Assembly: GCA_029210695.1 (NCBI GenBank)
Contig: JARGFH010000012.1
Coordinates: 1 to 64,000, forward strand
Length of the DNA: 64,000 bases
Reading direction: 5' to 3'
Source of the DNA: Acidimicrobiia bacterium
Lineage (GTDB): Bacteria > Actinomycetota > Acidimicrobiia > Spongiisociales > JAHEDJ01
The translations under genes and the position numbers were made by a program. How positions within the stretch are numbered: position 1 is the first letter of the stretch; each line of letters opens with the position of its first letter. Shown one piece after another: positions 29,057 to 39,000 of the stretch. The notes beneath the pieces were generated by a model. It saw only the letters and a list, made by a program, of their open reading frames with translations, was not told the DNA's origin and made no database searches.

Positions 29057-30784
29057 CTACTCCTCCACGTAATCGATCAGCCAGACGAACACACCCCGCG
29101 TCATAGTTGCGTCAACCTCATACGCAGCCGCCATAGGACCGAGCGGTGACAGCGCCTCCGCCATGTCGGCAGGAGCCTCGAATACATCGATGAGGGCCTG
29201 GGTGTCGACGAAGAGCATGAGGGCACCCGGATCGACGCCGATCGCATCGGCTGCCGCCCGCAACTCTGCATTCTCCGACAGGGAAGGAGACGAGCCGATC
29301 GAGGCCGCCAGATCGAGGCTGGATGCCGCGGCCAAATACGTGTCCGTCACGCCGACCGCGGCCGCTTCGGTTCCATCGCCGCCGGCCAGCCAGAATGTCC
29401 CGGACTCGATTGTGGTTCTCGTCAAGTCCTCGAATCCATTCCTCGTGGCGTAGCCGATGAGGTCATCGACGTACCCTTCGACCTCCACCGGTCTGCTCGT
29501 ACCGAACAAGCCGACCAGACCGAGGGGTAGGGAAAGCTCTTGGGCCATCAGTCCTTCTCGTGATTCGACGAGCGCGAAGGCGGATGGGCCGTCGAGCAAG
29601 CTGAGGAAGCTATCGAGGTCGATACCGAGCTCAGCCCCGGCTTCGGCCAGCAGATCATCGGCGTCTGTTCCGCCGGCGGCCGTGGCGATGAGGTCCCAGT
29701 AGGACGCCATCGACCATCCGCCGACCATGACGAACGTGTCAACGGGCAGGTCCCCAACGACCTCGCCCGAATCGATGACGAGCCCTCCGGTGGGGTCATC
29801 ACCGAGAACGACACCCTCAAACCGTACGCCGTAGTCGGCAATGGTGAAGGACCCGCCGAATGTGTCGTTCCCGAAGTCGTTCAAAATGGAAGGATCCAAG
29901 CCCTCGACCTCGAACGCGTTTGAGAAGGCGGAACCGTTCACATAGAGCGACATGACGCGGTCGGCCGGGAGGGCATCCATGACGGCGGCAAAGGCCTCAT
30001 TGTCGGCCAACGACAGGCCGCTATCGGCATCTATGGCTTTCTCAACAGCTTGCTGGGTTCCGAATGCCACCATCGACCCGATCCGGGCAAAGACCAACGG
30101 AGGATCGAAGTCGCCGTCGTCCGACGCGATGAAGATCTCAACCCCGTTGTATGTTCCCCGGACAACATTCGTCCCGGTGGCGAGTTGCAGTCCGTCGGCG
30201 AAGTCGGAGAGGAACTGATCGGCGGCTCCTCCGTCCCGCGATTCGAGGATGACGAGCACGTCGGGGACCTCACGGGTCGAGAAGCTCTCGATGCCAGACA
30301 CCGACACCGACAACGTCCGCCCTACCCAGGGCCGGATGTCGTCGGTGAAGTCGACGCCGAGCGCATCCTGCATCGCCGAGTCGATCTCATCGATCAGGCC
30401 GTCCATGTCGCGCAGATCGGCAGCAGCCGTCTCGCCGGATGCCTCAACCATCGAAAAGATCGTGTCGTTGAGTTTGCGGGCGTCTCCCTCGAGGAACTGG
30501 AGGAAGTCAACACTGAAGAACAACTCAGTGTCGGGGGACATGATCTCTGCCGCAGCTACCGAAGTTGAGAGAAATGACCGCATGGCCAGTGCCCCTCCAC
30601 CGATCACGAACACGACAAGCGCGGCCGCACCGAGTGCCAGCCACGGTCTGCTCTTCGGTGCCGGCCCGGAGCCGGCGGTGCCCACCACCTGTATCTCGGG
30701 ATCCCAGCCGAGTGTTCCTTCCGGAGTGAATGGATCCGGGTGAGGTTGTTCGGGCGGACCGGCAGGCCCCGTCGCGTCGGGCAT
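29057..30784 (-). CDS. Membrane-anchored DUF3352-like protein
   Basis: N-terminal TM; GVDFTDDIRPWVG signature; duplicated SLA.N..F/L motifs. Confidence 0.7.
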   Translation of the reverse strand: MPDATGPAGPPEQPHPDPFTPEGTLGWDPEIQVVGTAGSGPAPKSRPWLALGAAALVVFVIGGGALAMRSFLSTSVAAAEIMSPDTELFFSVDFLQFLEGDARKLNDTIFSMVEASGETAAADLRDMDGLIDEIDSAMQDALGVDFTDDIRPWVGRTLSVSVSGIESFSTREVPDVLVILESRDGGAADQFLSDFADGLQLATGTNVVRGTYNGVEIFIASDDGDFDPPLVFARIGSMVAFGTQQAVEKAIDADSGLSLADNEAFAAVMDALPADRVMSLYVNGSAFSNAFEVEGLDPSILNDFGNDTFGGSFTIADYGVRFEGVVLGDDPTGGLVIDSGEVVGDLPVDTFVMVGGWSMASYWDLIATAAGGTDADDLLAEAGAELGIDLDSFLSLLDGPSAFALVESREGLMAQELSLPLGLVGLFGTSRPVEVEGYVDDLIGYATRNGFEDLTRTTIESGTFWLAGGDGTEAAAVGVTDTYLAAASSLDLAASIGSSPSLSENAELRAAADAIGVDPGALMLFVDTQALIDVFEAPADMAEALSPLGPMAAAYEVDATMTRGVFVWLIDYVEE

Positions 30785-30853
30785 TTCGCATCGATTCTTT
30801 CGCGGACGCCAATTATCGTCCCGAACGAATCGGAAATGAAGGGGATTTGTCGA

Positions 30854-33139
30854 CTAGCTCTCGGTGGAGGCGTACATCGACTCGAGGTCATCGACGTTCA
30901 TAAGGACGGCGCGGGCCTTTGAACCCTCGGATGGACCAACCACGCCTTTGCGTTCGAGGGTATCCATGATCCGGCCTGCTCTGGCGAACCCGACTCGCAA
31001 CTTGCGCTGCAACATCGATGTGGACCCGAGTTGCGACCGCACGACGAGATCGATCGCCTGTCTCACCAGTTCGGCGTCGTCATCATCTTCTTCGCCGACG
31101 GTGGCCCTGGCCTCTTGGGCCAGCGTCTCGATCACGTGATCCTGATATTGGGCCTCTCGCTGCTTCTTGACCCAACCGACCACTGCGTGGACCTCTTCTT
31201 CGGATACCCAGGCGCCCTGAATGCGCTCTGCCTTCGGCTCTTTGGCGGTCACGACGAGCATGTCGCCCATCCCGATGAGTTTCTCGGCGCCGGATCCATC
31301 GAGAATGACCCGGCTGTCGGCCTGGGATGCGACAGAGAAAGCCATCCGGCTCGGGATGTTGGCCTTGATGACGCCGGTGATGACGTCAACGGACGGGCGT
31401 TGCGTGGCGATCACGAGGTGGATTCCGACCGCACGCGCCATTTGTGCAATACGCACGATCGCTTCCTCGACTTCGCGTCCGGCCACGATCATGAGGTCGT
31501 TCAATTCGTCGACGATCACCACCACGAATGGGAACCGGTCGAATCCATCTCGATCGAGCTCGCCTGCCTCCCACTTCTCCCGGTAGCCGTCGATATCCCG
31601 AACGTGCGCATCGGCCAGAAGGTCGTAACGGCGGTCCATCTCGGCCACTGCCCACTTGAGGGCATCGGTGGCTTTCTTCGGGTTGGTGATGACCTTGGTG
31701 AACAGATGGGGAACACCGTTGTACTGGCCGAGCTCAACTCGCTTGGGATCGATCATGATCAGGCGAACGTCGTCCGGAGTCGTTCGCATCAAGAGCGAGG
31801 TCACGATCGAGTTGATGCACGAAGACTTTCCGGCGCCTGTGGCCCCGGCGATCAGCACGTGGGGTAGCTCAGAGAGGTTGATGAGCTTCGGACGGCCCGC
31901 GATGTCCATACCGAGGCCAACCTCGAGCGGGTGCCCGCCGAAATCGTCGTCGGCCGCTTGGAGTACATCGCCGAGGGTAATGAGACGCCGCTTTCGATTG
32001 GGAACCTCAATCCCGATTGCGCTCTTGCCGGGAATCGGGGCCAGCAGGCGAACGTCGGGGGTGGCCAACGCGTAGGCGATATCGTTGGCCAGGCTGGTCA
32101 CTCGCGAAACCTTGACGCCGGGTTGGAGTTCGATCTCGTAGCGTGTCACCGTCGGACCCGGGACGATCTTGGTGAGACGGGCATCGACTCCGTGCTGGCG
32201 CAGCGTGTCCTCGAGGTCGAGAGCGGTCTGTTCGAGAATGCGCTTCGACTGTGACTCCCCTCCGCCGCTCTTCAGGAGCGTCAATGGCGGCTTGCGATAA
32301 CCCTCTCCAGGTTTGGGGTCGGGAAGCTCGATCCTGATCTGGCCGGGTCCCGGGTGGGCCTTGCCCTTTGGTTTGGCGGCGGGTGCCTTGCGCTTGGGTC
32401 CGGCGGCGGAAGGCGGCTGCGAGGTCGGGCGGGGCGGTGCGGGCCGGTGGGCGCCGGCGGCCAGACGAGCGTGGCGGGCAGGACGGGCCGGCATACGAAT
32501 CGAACTCGCCCAGGCGCGCAGCGCCGTGGCGATCTCCCCGATCGCCACAAAGACTTGACGGACGGTGGCCTTCGACAGGATCAGCACACCCACGGAGGTC
32601 AACGAGGTCAGCACTACGAAGGCTCCCCAATATCCGATCACGCGGCGTAGGGGAAACGAAAGGAGCGATCCGACGGCACCGCCGCGTTCCATGACCGGAT
32701 CCACGTCCGGCCACAGCGGAACGGTGCCGGTGAGCAGGTGGAAGAGCGACAGTGATCCGACGAAGGCCGTCACGAGACCGATGGTCAGCCGCCCGTAGTC
32801 ATCGCGGTGTTTGCCGATGATGAGGACGAGCCCGAGTCCGGCCAGGGCTAGAGGGAACACGATCGACCAGAGACCGAACAACAGTCGAAGGACCGAGACG
32901 ATGCCACCGCCTACGGGGCCGGCCTCGCCGAAGAACCCGAGGCCCATGAGAGCAGCCACAACGAGGAGGACGACGCCCCACACGTCATCGGCCTGGCGGC
33001 CGAGTGCCTCCCGGATGAAAGCCCGTAGTCTCGCCAGCATGGAGACCCGATCTTTCCGGGACAGCTTCTTTTTGGTTGTCTTGGTGGACACCCGCTTCCG
33101 ACCGTTTGTCCCCCGGCGGGTGGGTGTCCGGGTAGCCAT
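30854..33139 (-). CDS. ftsK: DNA translocase FtsK
   Basis: 4TM N-domain, GATGAGKS, IVDEL, ATQRPS, gamma domain LQRKLRVGFARA. Confidence 0.97.
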   Translation of the reverse strand: MATRTPTRRGTNGRKRVSTKTTKKKLSRKDRVSMLARLRAFIREALGRQADDVWGVVLLVVAALMGLGFFGEAGPVGGGIVSVLRLLFGLWSIVFPLALAGLGLVLIIGKHRDDYGRLTIGLVTAFVGSLSLFHLLTGTVPLWPDVDPVMERGGAVGSLLSFPLRRVIGYWGAFVVLTSLTSVGVLILSKATVRQVFVAIGEIATALRAWASSIRMPARPARHARLAAGAHRPAPPRPTSQPPSAAGPKRKAPAAKPKGKAHPGPGQIRIELPDPKPGEGYRKPPLTLLKSGGGESQSKRILEQTALDLEDTLRQHGVDARLTKIVPGPTVTRYEIELQPGVKVSRVTSLANDIAYALATPDVRLLAPIPGKSAIGIEVPNRKRRLITLGDVLQAADDDFGGHPLEVGLGMDIAGRPKLINLSELPHVLIAGATGAGKSSCINSIVTSLLMRTTPDDVRLIMIDPKRVELGQYNGVPHLFTKVITNPKKATDALKWAVAEMDRRYDLLADAHVRDIDGYREKWEAGELDRDGFDRFPFVVVIVDELNDLMIVAGREVEEAIVRIAQMARAVGIHLVIATQRPSVDVITGVIKANIPSRMAFSVASQADSRVILDGSGAEKLIGMGDMLVVTAKEPKAERIQGAWVSEEEVHAVVGWVKKQREAQYQDHVIETLAQEARATVGEEDDDDAELVRQAIDLVVRSQLGSTSMLQRKLRVGFARAGRIMDTLERKGVVGPSEGSKARAVLMNVDDLESMYASTES

Positions 33140-33179
33140 TCACGGTCACTCTACACCTCAACGAGCACTCGACCAATCA

Positions 33180-33202
33180 TTCCGCGCGCAACTGCGCGCG
33201 GA
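33180..33202 (-). terminator. GC hairpin after the hydrolase gene
   Basis: TCCGCGCGCA-ac-TGCGCGCGGA. Confidence 0.5.
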
Positions 33203-33214
33203 GCGCGCGAACGC

Positions 33215-34024
33215 CTAAGGCGCCACTTTGATGACGCGTTCGCACCATTGCATCAGGTCGCGTATCACTTCGTCTCGGTTCAGCTCATTGACCAGCTCGT
33301 GGCGGGCACCGGGGTAGACCCGCATGGTCTTGTCATCGGATGCCATCCGCTCGATCGCATGCAAAGAGTCCCGGTACGGAACGTAGGGATCGGCCGCTCC
33401 ATGCAAGAACAACACCGGCATTGTGATGCGTTCGATCTCGGCGTTGAACGAATCGAGTGCCACGATCTCCGACTCGAGGAGCGAGCGCTTGTACTGACCG
33501 TGATAGACGAGTGGATCTTCCGCGTATTGACGGACGGTCTCCGGGTCACGGGACATACCTGAGTACTCGGCTTCCTGGTACGGGATCTCCGGAAGCGAGA
33601 GGACTCCACGCGCCCACTGCCAATCTCCGAGGACCGCTCCAAGGAAGGCGGCACCGGCGAGTTCCGACGGGTACCGCTCCGCAAAACGCGCAGTCAGCAG
33701 GCCGCCCATCGAATGGCCGGCCATGACCAGCGGGACGCCGGGATGCTCGAGAAGAGCTATGTCTGCGAGTGTGCGCAGATCGTCGACGATGTGTTCGAAG
33801 TCGGTGATCAGGGCGCGATCGCCGTCGCTCCGGCCGTGCCCGAGATGGTCTTCCGCGTAGACGGCCAAGCCCCTCGCGTTCAACGCCGCGGCTACATGGG
33901 CGTAGCGTGCACCATGCTCGGCATATCCGTGGACGAGCAGGAGAACGCCAAGTACGTCTCCCTCAGGTTGCCACTCGTGGTAGACCACGTTGCCTTCGGC
34001 CCCAACGAAACTCGCTTGTCCCAT
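33215..34024 (-). CDS. Lysophospholipase/monoglyceride lipase-like hydrolase
   Basis: HGYAEH, GHGRS, GHSMGG, RHEL. Confidence 0.9.
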   Translation of the reverse strand: MGQASFVGAEGNVVYHEWQPEGDVLGVLLLVHGYAEHGARYAHVAAALNARGLAVYAEDHLGHGRSDGDRALITDFEHIVDDLRTLADIALLEHPGVPLVMAGHSMGGLLTARFAERYPSELAGAAFLGAVLGDWQWARGVLSLPEIPYQEAEYSGMSRDPETVRQYAEDPLVYHGQYKRSLLESEIVALDSFNAEIERITMPVLFLHGAADPYVPYRDSLHAIERMASDDKTMRVYPGARHELVNELNRDEVIRDLMQWCERVIKVAP

Positions 34025-34042
34025 TCATCTCACCTCTTGAGT

Positions 34043-34092
34043 GTTTTCGCGCGGGATTCCCACCCTATGGGGTTCGATCCCCGCGCGAAAAC
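34043..34092. repeat. ~50-bp palindromic element
   Basis: GTTTTCGCGCGGG...CCCGCGCGAAAAC. Confidence 0.7.
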
Positions 34093-34094
34093 GG

Positions 34095-35735
34095 TCAGGT
34101 TTCCAGGATGAGCGGCAGCACCACCGGCCGCCGCGAGGTCTCTGAGCGGATGATCGTCGACGCCGCCTGCCGCACCGCCTGCTGAAGAGCAGTGTGATCC
34201 GTCTTGCGAGCCTTTTCGCCCATCTTGGCGACGGCAACCCGCACCGCCTCTGCCGCCTTTTCCAGGACTGCGTCCGGTTCGTCCATGAAACCGTGGCTGT
34301 CCATGATCGGCCCGTACTCAACGGCGCACTGCGCGATGTTGACACCGACGGTGACAACCACGACGCCCTCATCGGCCAGATGACGGCGCCGCCGGAGAAC
34401 GGCCCGCTTGATGTCGCCGACTCCGGATCCATCCAGATAGACATACCCGGCCGGAACAGCCCTTCGCTCCACGTATGTGTCGGCGCCGTCGAGCACGATC
34501 CGGTCCCCATCCTCGAGAACGAAGATGTGGGGCACCTTCATCTCTTCAGCGAGGTCGGCGTTGGCGGAGAGGTGCCGGTACTCACCATGGATCGGCACAT
34601 AGACGTCCGGACGGATCACATTGATGAACGTCTTCAGTTCCTCCTGTGCGGCATGACCCGAGACGTGGACCTGCGCGTTGCGACCGTGGAAGACGCGCGC
34701 TCCCGAGCGATGGAGCTTTGAAATCACCCGCGACACCGCCCGCTCATTGCCGGGGATCGGCGTGGCGCTGATCAGCACCGTGTCGTTCTCGCCGAGTTCC
34801 ACGAACTTGCTGGAGCCCGACGCCATCAGCGAGAGCGCCGCGAAAGGCTCGCCCTGCGCTCCAGTCGTGATCAGCATCTGTCGATCGGGCGGCAGGCCGA
34901 CAAGGTCTTCGACGTCGACGATCCGGTCCGCGGGGATGTCCAGCACGCCGAGCCGTGCTCCGACACCGGTCACGCGATGCATCGAGCGTCCCAGGAACGC
35001 GATGGTTCGACCGTCGTCGAGCGCGGCGTCGGCGATCTGCTGAACCCGGTGCACATGGGATGCGAAACATGCTGCGATCACTCGACCCGGTGCGGTGTGA
35101 ACAATCCGCTCGATCGGTTGGGCCAGCGACCGTTCAGATGGAACAAACCCGGACACTTCAGCATTCGTCGAATCGGCCATGAGCAGCCGGACTCCGCGTC
35201 TACCCAGGTGAGCGAAGGTCGGGAGGTCGGTCGGCGTTGAATCGATCGGGGTGGGATCGAGCTTGAAGTCGCCGGAGTGGACCACCATGCCCTCCGGCGT
35301 GTCGAAGGCGACGCCGGCCCCTTGCGGGATCGAGTGGGACACGGGTACCAGCATGAACCGGAAAGGCCCGTGTTCGGTCCACTCCTTCGTAGGCGTTGCC
35401 CGAAGGTCCGGTTTGACGCCCAGCTCCTCGATACGGCCGCGGGCTAGTTCAACCGAAAGCTCTGTGCCGTAGACGGGGATGTTCAAGTCGTTGAGTAGAT
35501 AGGCCAGGGCGCCTACGTGATCCTCGTGCCCGTGGGTGAGGATCAGGCACTCGACATCCTTGCTGCGGTCCAAGATCCACGACCAATCCGGGAACACCAG
35601 GTCGACGCCCAGCATGTCCTCCTCCGGAAACATCAACCCGCAGTCGATCATGGCGATCTTTCCGTCGATTTCGATCGCCGCGCAGTTACGACCGATCTCG
35701 CCCAGGCCTCCGAGGAAAGTGACGGAAACGCTCAC
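34095..35735 (-). CDS. rnj: Ribonuclease J
   Basis: LGGLGEIG, THGHEDH, GDFKLD, HVSGH. Confidence 0.97.
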   Translation of the reverse strand: MSVSVTFLGGLGEIGRNCAAIEIDGKIAMIDCGLMFPEEDMLGVDLVFPDWSWILDRSKDVECLILTHGHEDHVGALAYLLNDLNIPVYGTELSVELARGRIEELGVKPDLRATPTKEWTEHGPFRFMLVPVSHSIPQGAGVAFDTPEGMVVHSGDFKLDPTPIDSTPTDLPTFAHLGRRGVRLLMADSTNAEVSGFVPSERSLAQPIERIVHTAPGRVIAACFASHVHRVQQIADAALDDGRTIAFLGRSMHRVTGVGARLGVLDIPADRIVDVEDLVGLPPDRQMLITTGAQGEPFAALSLMASGSSKFVELGENDTVLISATPIPGNERAVSRVISKLHRSGARVFHGRNAQVHVSGHAAQEELKTFINVIRPDVYVPIHGEYRHLSANADLAEEMKVPHIFVLEDGDRIVLDGADTYVERRAVPAGYVYLDGSGVGDIKRAVLRRRRHLADEGVVVVTVGVNIAQCAVEYGPIMDSHGFMDEPDAVLEKAAEAVRVAVAKMGEKARKTDHTALQQAVRQAASTIIRSETSRRPVVLPLILET

Positions 35736-36616
35736 AGCGATTGAGCCTTGCCGAGCGCGATCTCGATGGCATCAACCGTCTCAGTGCGCGCCGCCACCAG
35801 TGGCAAACGCGGCTCCCCGACCGGCTCCCACAATCGGTTCATCGCCGCCTTGACGGGCATCGGATTGGGCTCGGTGAAGCACGAGTAGAAGACGGGCAGC
35901 AAGCCGTAGTTGAGGCGCTGCGCCTCAGCCCAGTCGCCTTCGTGAACAGACCTAACCATTCGCTTTATGTGCTTGCCGACGAGATGAGAAGCGACGGACA
36001 CCACACCGACGGCACCAACCGTCATCATCGCCAGCGTGAAGCTGTCCTGCCCCGAGTAGATGGCGAACTCGGTGGGTAGGGCAAGCCGAGACTGGGCGGT
36101 GTGGTCGATGTCCTGGACTGCATCCTTGACCGCCACGATGTTGGGGTGCGCGGCCAGTCGACCGAGGGTCTCGACCTCGATCAGCCGACCCGTTCTAGAA
36201 GGGATGTTGTAGAGCAGAACGGGGAGATCAGTCGAGTCCGCAATCGTTGAGAAGTGCCGAACGAGACCAGCCTGATCAGGCTTCGAGTAATACGGCGTGA
36301 CGGCCATCAGACCGTGGACGCCCGCCTCAGCCGCCCGCCGGGAGAGTTCGACAGACTCGGCTGTGTTGTATGTACCAGTACCTGCCACCACTTTGGCCCG
36401 GTCGCCCACCGCCTCGACCACAGCTCGATACAGAGCCACCTTCTCGTCGGGAGACAGCGACGGCGACTCCCCGGTGGTGCCGGTCACAACGAGCCCATCG
36501 GAGCCATTGTCGACGAGGTAGCGGGCCAGCCGCCAGACCTTGTCGTAATCGATTCCCCCCGACTCGCCGAACGGGGTGATCATGGCAGTGAGAACTTCAC
36601 CAAATGGCGCTATCAA
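35732..36616 (-). CDS. dapA: 4-hydroxy-tetrahydrodipicolinate synthase
   Basis: GTTGESP, PYY, LYNIPSRT, VAVKDA; TTG start after GGAGG. Confidence 0.96.
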   Translation of the reverse strand: MIAPFGEVLTAMITPFGESGGIDYDKVWRLARYLVDNGSDGLVVTGTTGESPSLSPDEKVALYRAVVEAVGDRAKVVAGTGTYNTAESVELSRRAAEAGVHGLMAVTPYYSKPDQAGLVRHFSTIADSTDLPVLLYNIPSRTGRLIEVETLGRLAAHPNIVAVKDAVQDIDHTAQSRLALPTEFAIYSGQDSFTLAMMTVGAVGVVSVASHLVGKHIKRMVRSVHEGDWAEAQRLNYGLLPVFYSCFTEPNPMPVKAAMNRLWEPVGEPRLPLVAARTETVDAIEIALGKAQSL

Positions 36617-36740
36617 CGACCTGCCTCCTATGCGGGTTATGACCAAGCCTAGAGCCTCGGAGATCCCGGTTCAGCCTTCCTGGTATGCGGGCCGGCCTCA
36701 CTAACCTGAAACCTCCGATTGTCCAGCCAGAGAGGTAGCC

Positions 36741-37574
36741 GTGTCTCACGTACGCGACGTCGACACCGCGGAGTTCAACCAGCAAGTCATCGAGCGTTCA
36801 TCTGAGGTTCCGGTCGTCGTGGACTTCTGGGCGGAATGGTGTCAACCGTGCCGAACGCTCGGGCCCAGCCTCGAGCGTCTCACCAATGCAGCGGATGGCG
36901 CGTTCGAGTTGGCCAAGGTCGACGTGGACCAGAACCAGGCTCTGGCCGCACAGATGGGCGTGCAGGGGATCCCTACCGTGGTTGCTTTCAAGGACGGCCA
37001 AGAAGTCGACCGTTTCACCGGCGCTCTGCCGGAACCGCAGGTCGAGAAGTGGCTGGCCGGTTTTGTGCCCAACCCGCTCGATGAGTTCGTGGCCGTCGCA
37101 AATGGCCTGGTCAACGAGGGTAGGGAGGAAGAAGCCGCGGCCATGTACCTGAAGGTGCTCGAGGCCGACGGACAACACGAGGGTGCGGCCGTGGCACTCG
37201 CCTCGCTGAAGCTATTGGACGGCGACACAGAGGCGGCACTCGAAATCCTCGAACCGCTCCCGTCGAGCGTCGGGGTCGACCGCCTGCGGGCAGCGGCGCG
37301 ACTCGGCACACCCGGCGCTATCTCAGTTGAAGATCTCGAAGCCAAACTGGCCGGAGATCCGGAAAACGAAACGGTGCAGGTGGACCTGGCAAGAGCGAGA
37401 ATCGCGGGCCACCAGTACGAGCAGGGACTCGATCTGCTCCTCGAGGTAATCACCCGCAAGGGCGACCTGATGGATGACGCCCGCACCGCCGTTCTCGACG
37501 TGTTCGAAGTCCTCGGTGCGGACAACCCACTGACCATTGAGTACCGCCGGCGGCTCGCCAACGCGTTGTTCTGA
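36741..37574 (+). CDS. Thioredoxin-TPR chaperedoxin (YbbN/CnoX family)
   Basis: VDFWAEWCQPC; C-terminal YRRRLANALF. Confidence 0.92.
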   Translation: MSHVRDVDTAEFNQQVIERSSEVPVVVDFWAEWCQPCRTLGPSLERLTNAADGAFELAKVDVDQNQALAAQMGVQGIPTVVAFKDGQEVDRFTGALPEPQVEKWLAGFVPNPLDEFVAVANGLVNEGREEEAAAMYLKVLEADGQHEGAAVALASLKLLDGDTEAALEILEPLPSSVGVDRLRAAARLGTPGAISVEDLEAKLAGDPENETVQVDLARARIAGHQYEQGLDLLLEVITRKGDLMDDARTAVLDVFEVLGADNPLTIEYRRRLANALF

Positions 37575-37576
37575 AC

Positions 37577-37626
37577 TTTCTCCGCAATGCTATGCACGCT
37601 TAACGCGCCATTGCATTGCGGAGAAA
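37577..37626. repeat. ~50-bp palindromic element
   Basis: TTTCTCCGCAATGC...GCATTGCGGAGAAA; same arms as the copies at 54255-54365. Confidence 0.8.
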
Positions 37627-37675
37627 ACCCGACCGATCCCTTACACTGCGGGACCGTTCCGATGAAAGGTTACCC

Positions 37676-38185
37676 ATGGCCGAGCAGTACTCCGCTCCCC
37701 CCGACTTCGAAATTGACCTCGCCAAGACGTATTCGGCGACGCTCCACACGAACCACGGCGACGTCGAAGTCGAGTTCGACGCGGTGAACTCACCGATGGC
37801 GGTGAACAACTGGGTATTCCTGGCCAAAGACGGCTTCTACGACGGTGTCATCTTTCACCGGGTCATCTCAGGCTTCATGATCCAGGGCGGCGATCCCACC
37901 GGGACCGGACGCGGCGGGCCCGGCTATAAGTTCCGTGACGAACTCGACGGGCCCGGCACCTACGCCCGCGGCACGGTCGCGATGGCGAACTCCGGCCCCA
38001 ACACCAACGGCAGCCAGTTCTTCATCATGCACCAGGACTACGGACTCCCTCACGCCTACACGATCTTCGGTAAGGTGACGGATGGTCTCGAGATCGTCGA
38101 TGCCATCGCGGCAACGCCGACAGACCGATCAGATCGTCCGAACAGCGATTGCACGATCAACCGGGTAACGATCACCGAGAGGTAG
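37676..38185 (+). CDS. Cyclophilin-type peptidyl-prolyl isomerase
   Basis: FHRVISGFMIQGGDP, AMANSG, NGSQFFI. Confidence 0.96.
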   Translation: MAEQYSAPPDFEIDLAKTYSATLHTNHGDVEVEFDAVNSPMAVNNWVFLAKDGFYDGVIFHRVISGFMIQGGDPTGTGRGGPGYKFRDELDGPGTYARGTVAMANSGPNTNGSQFFIMHQDYGLPHAYTIFGKVTDGLEIVDAIAATPTDRSDRPNSDCTINRVTITER

Positions 38186-38228
38186 CCACAACGAGAGCCC
38201 TCGGGCTCCCCGACCGCCTACCTCTACC

Positions 38229-38963
38229 ATGAACTCGATGATTCGACGCTTCCTTCTCATGCTCACCGTCTTGGCTCTCGCCGGCGGGTGCAGTTCCACG
38301 CCGTCCACCACAACGATCGCCGACATTCCGACCACGACGACCACCTTCGGCATAACGAGCACGATTCCCGAGCCGACGACCACCACGCTCCCCCAGGCGG
38401 CCCTCGAGATACGGGCCGCCTTCGACGGGTACGTCGCCGCGCTGGCGGCGGCCGACGGGCGAAGCGCCCTCAGCTACGTCGATTCCGGGACCCTCGACCT
38501 CTATGGAGAGCTGCTGCAGCTGGCCGCTGCACCGGTTCACGTCGACGAGATGGACTTCATCGATGCAGTACTCGTGGTCCGTCTTCGTTTTCGCTTCTCA
38601 GAACAAGAACTGGCGTTGCTCACAGCCGAAGACGTCTTCGTCACGGCCATCGACGAGGCGCTTCTCATATCAACACCCGGAGAGCGGATCAACTTCGACG
38701 CGTTCAATATCACCGATGACCAGGCGACCGGCGAGGTGAGGGGCTCTCCAGCGATGTGGTTTGCCCGTGAGGACGGCAAGTGGAAGGTCGCCCTCGGCCG
38801 CGCCTACGAAGAGTACGCGCCCGTGCTGAGCGTCCAGTTGGAACAGGCCGCTCACGACATCGCAGGGGCCGACGCCGGCCGGGCTGACTCTCTGCTCGGC
38901 CTCCTGAGCACCATCGAAGGAACCGGCATCGACCCGGCGCTCCTCGCCGGACCGCGTCCGTGA
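38229..38963 (+). CDS. Lipoprotein, hypothetical
   Basis: Lipobox LAGGC; Thr-rich linker; REDGKWKV (NTF2-like end). Confidence 0.8.
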   Translation: MNSMIRRFLLMLTVLALAGGCSSTPSTTTIADIPTTTTTFGITSTIPEPTTTTLPQAALEIRAAFDGYVAALAAADGRSALSYVDSGTLDLYGELLQLAAAPVHVDEMDFIDAVLVVRLRFRFSEQELALLTAEDVFVTAIDEALLISTPGERINFDAFNITDDQATGEVRGSPAMWFAREDGKWKVALGRAYEEYAPVLSVQLEQAAHDIAGADAGRADSLLGLLSTIEGTGIDPALLAGPRP

Positions 38964-39000
38964 ATTGGAACTTCCTGGCGGATGCGTGCGTTATAGCCTC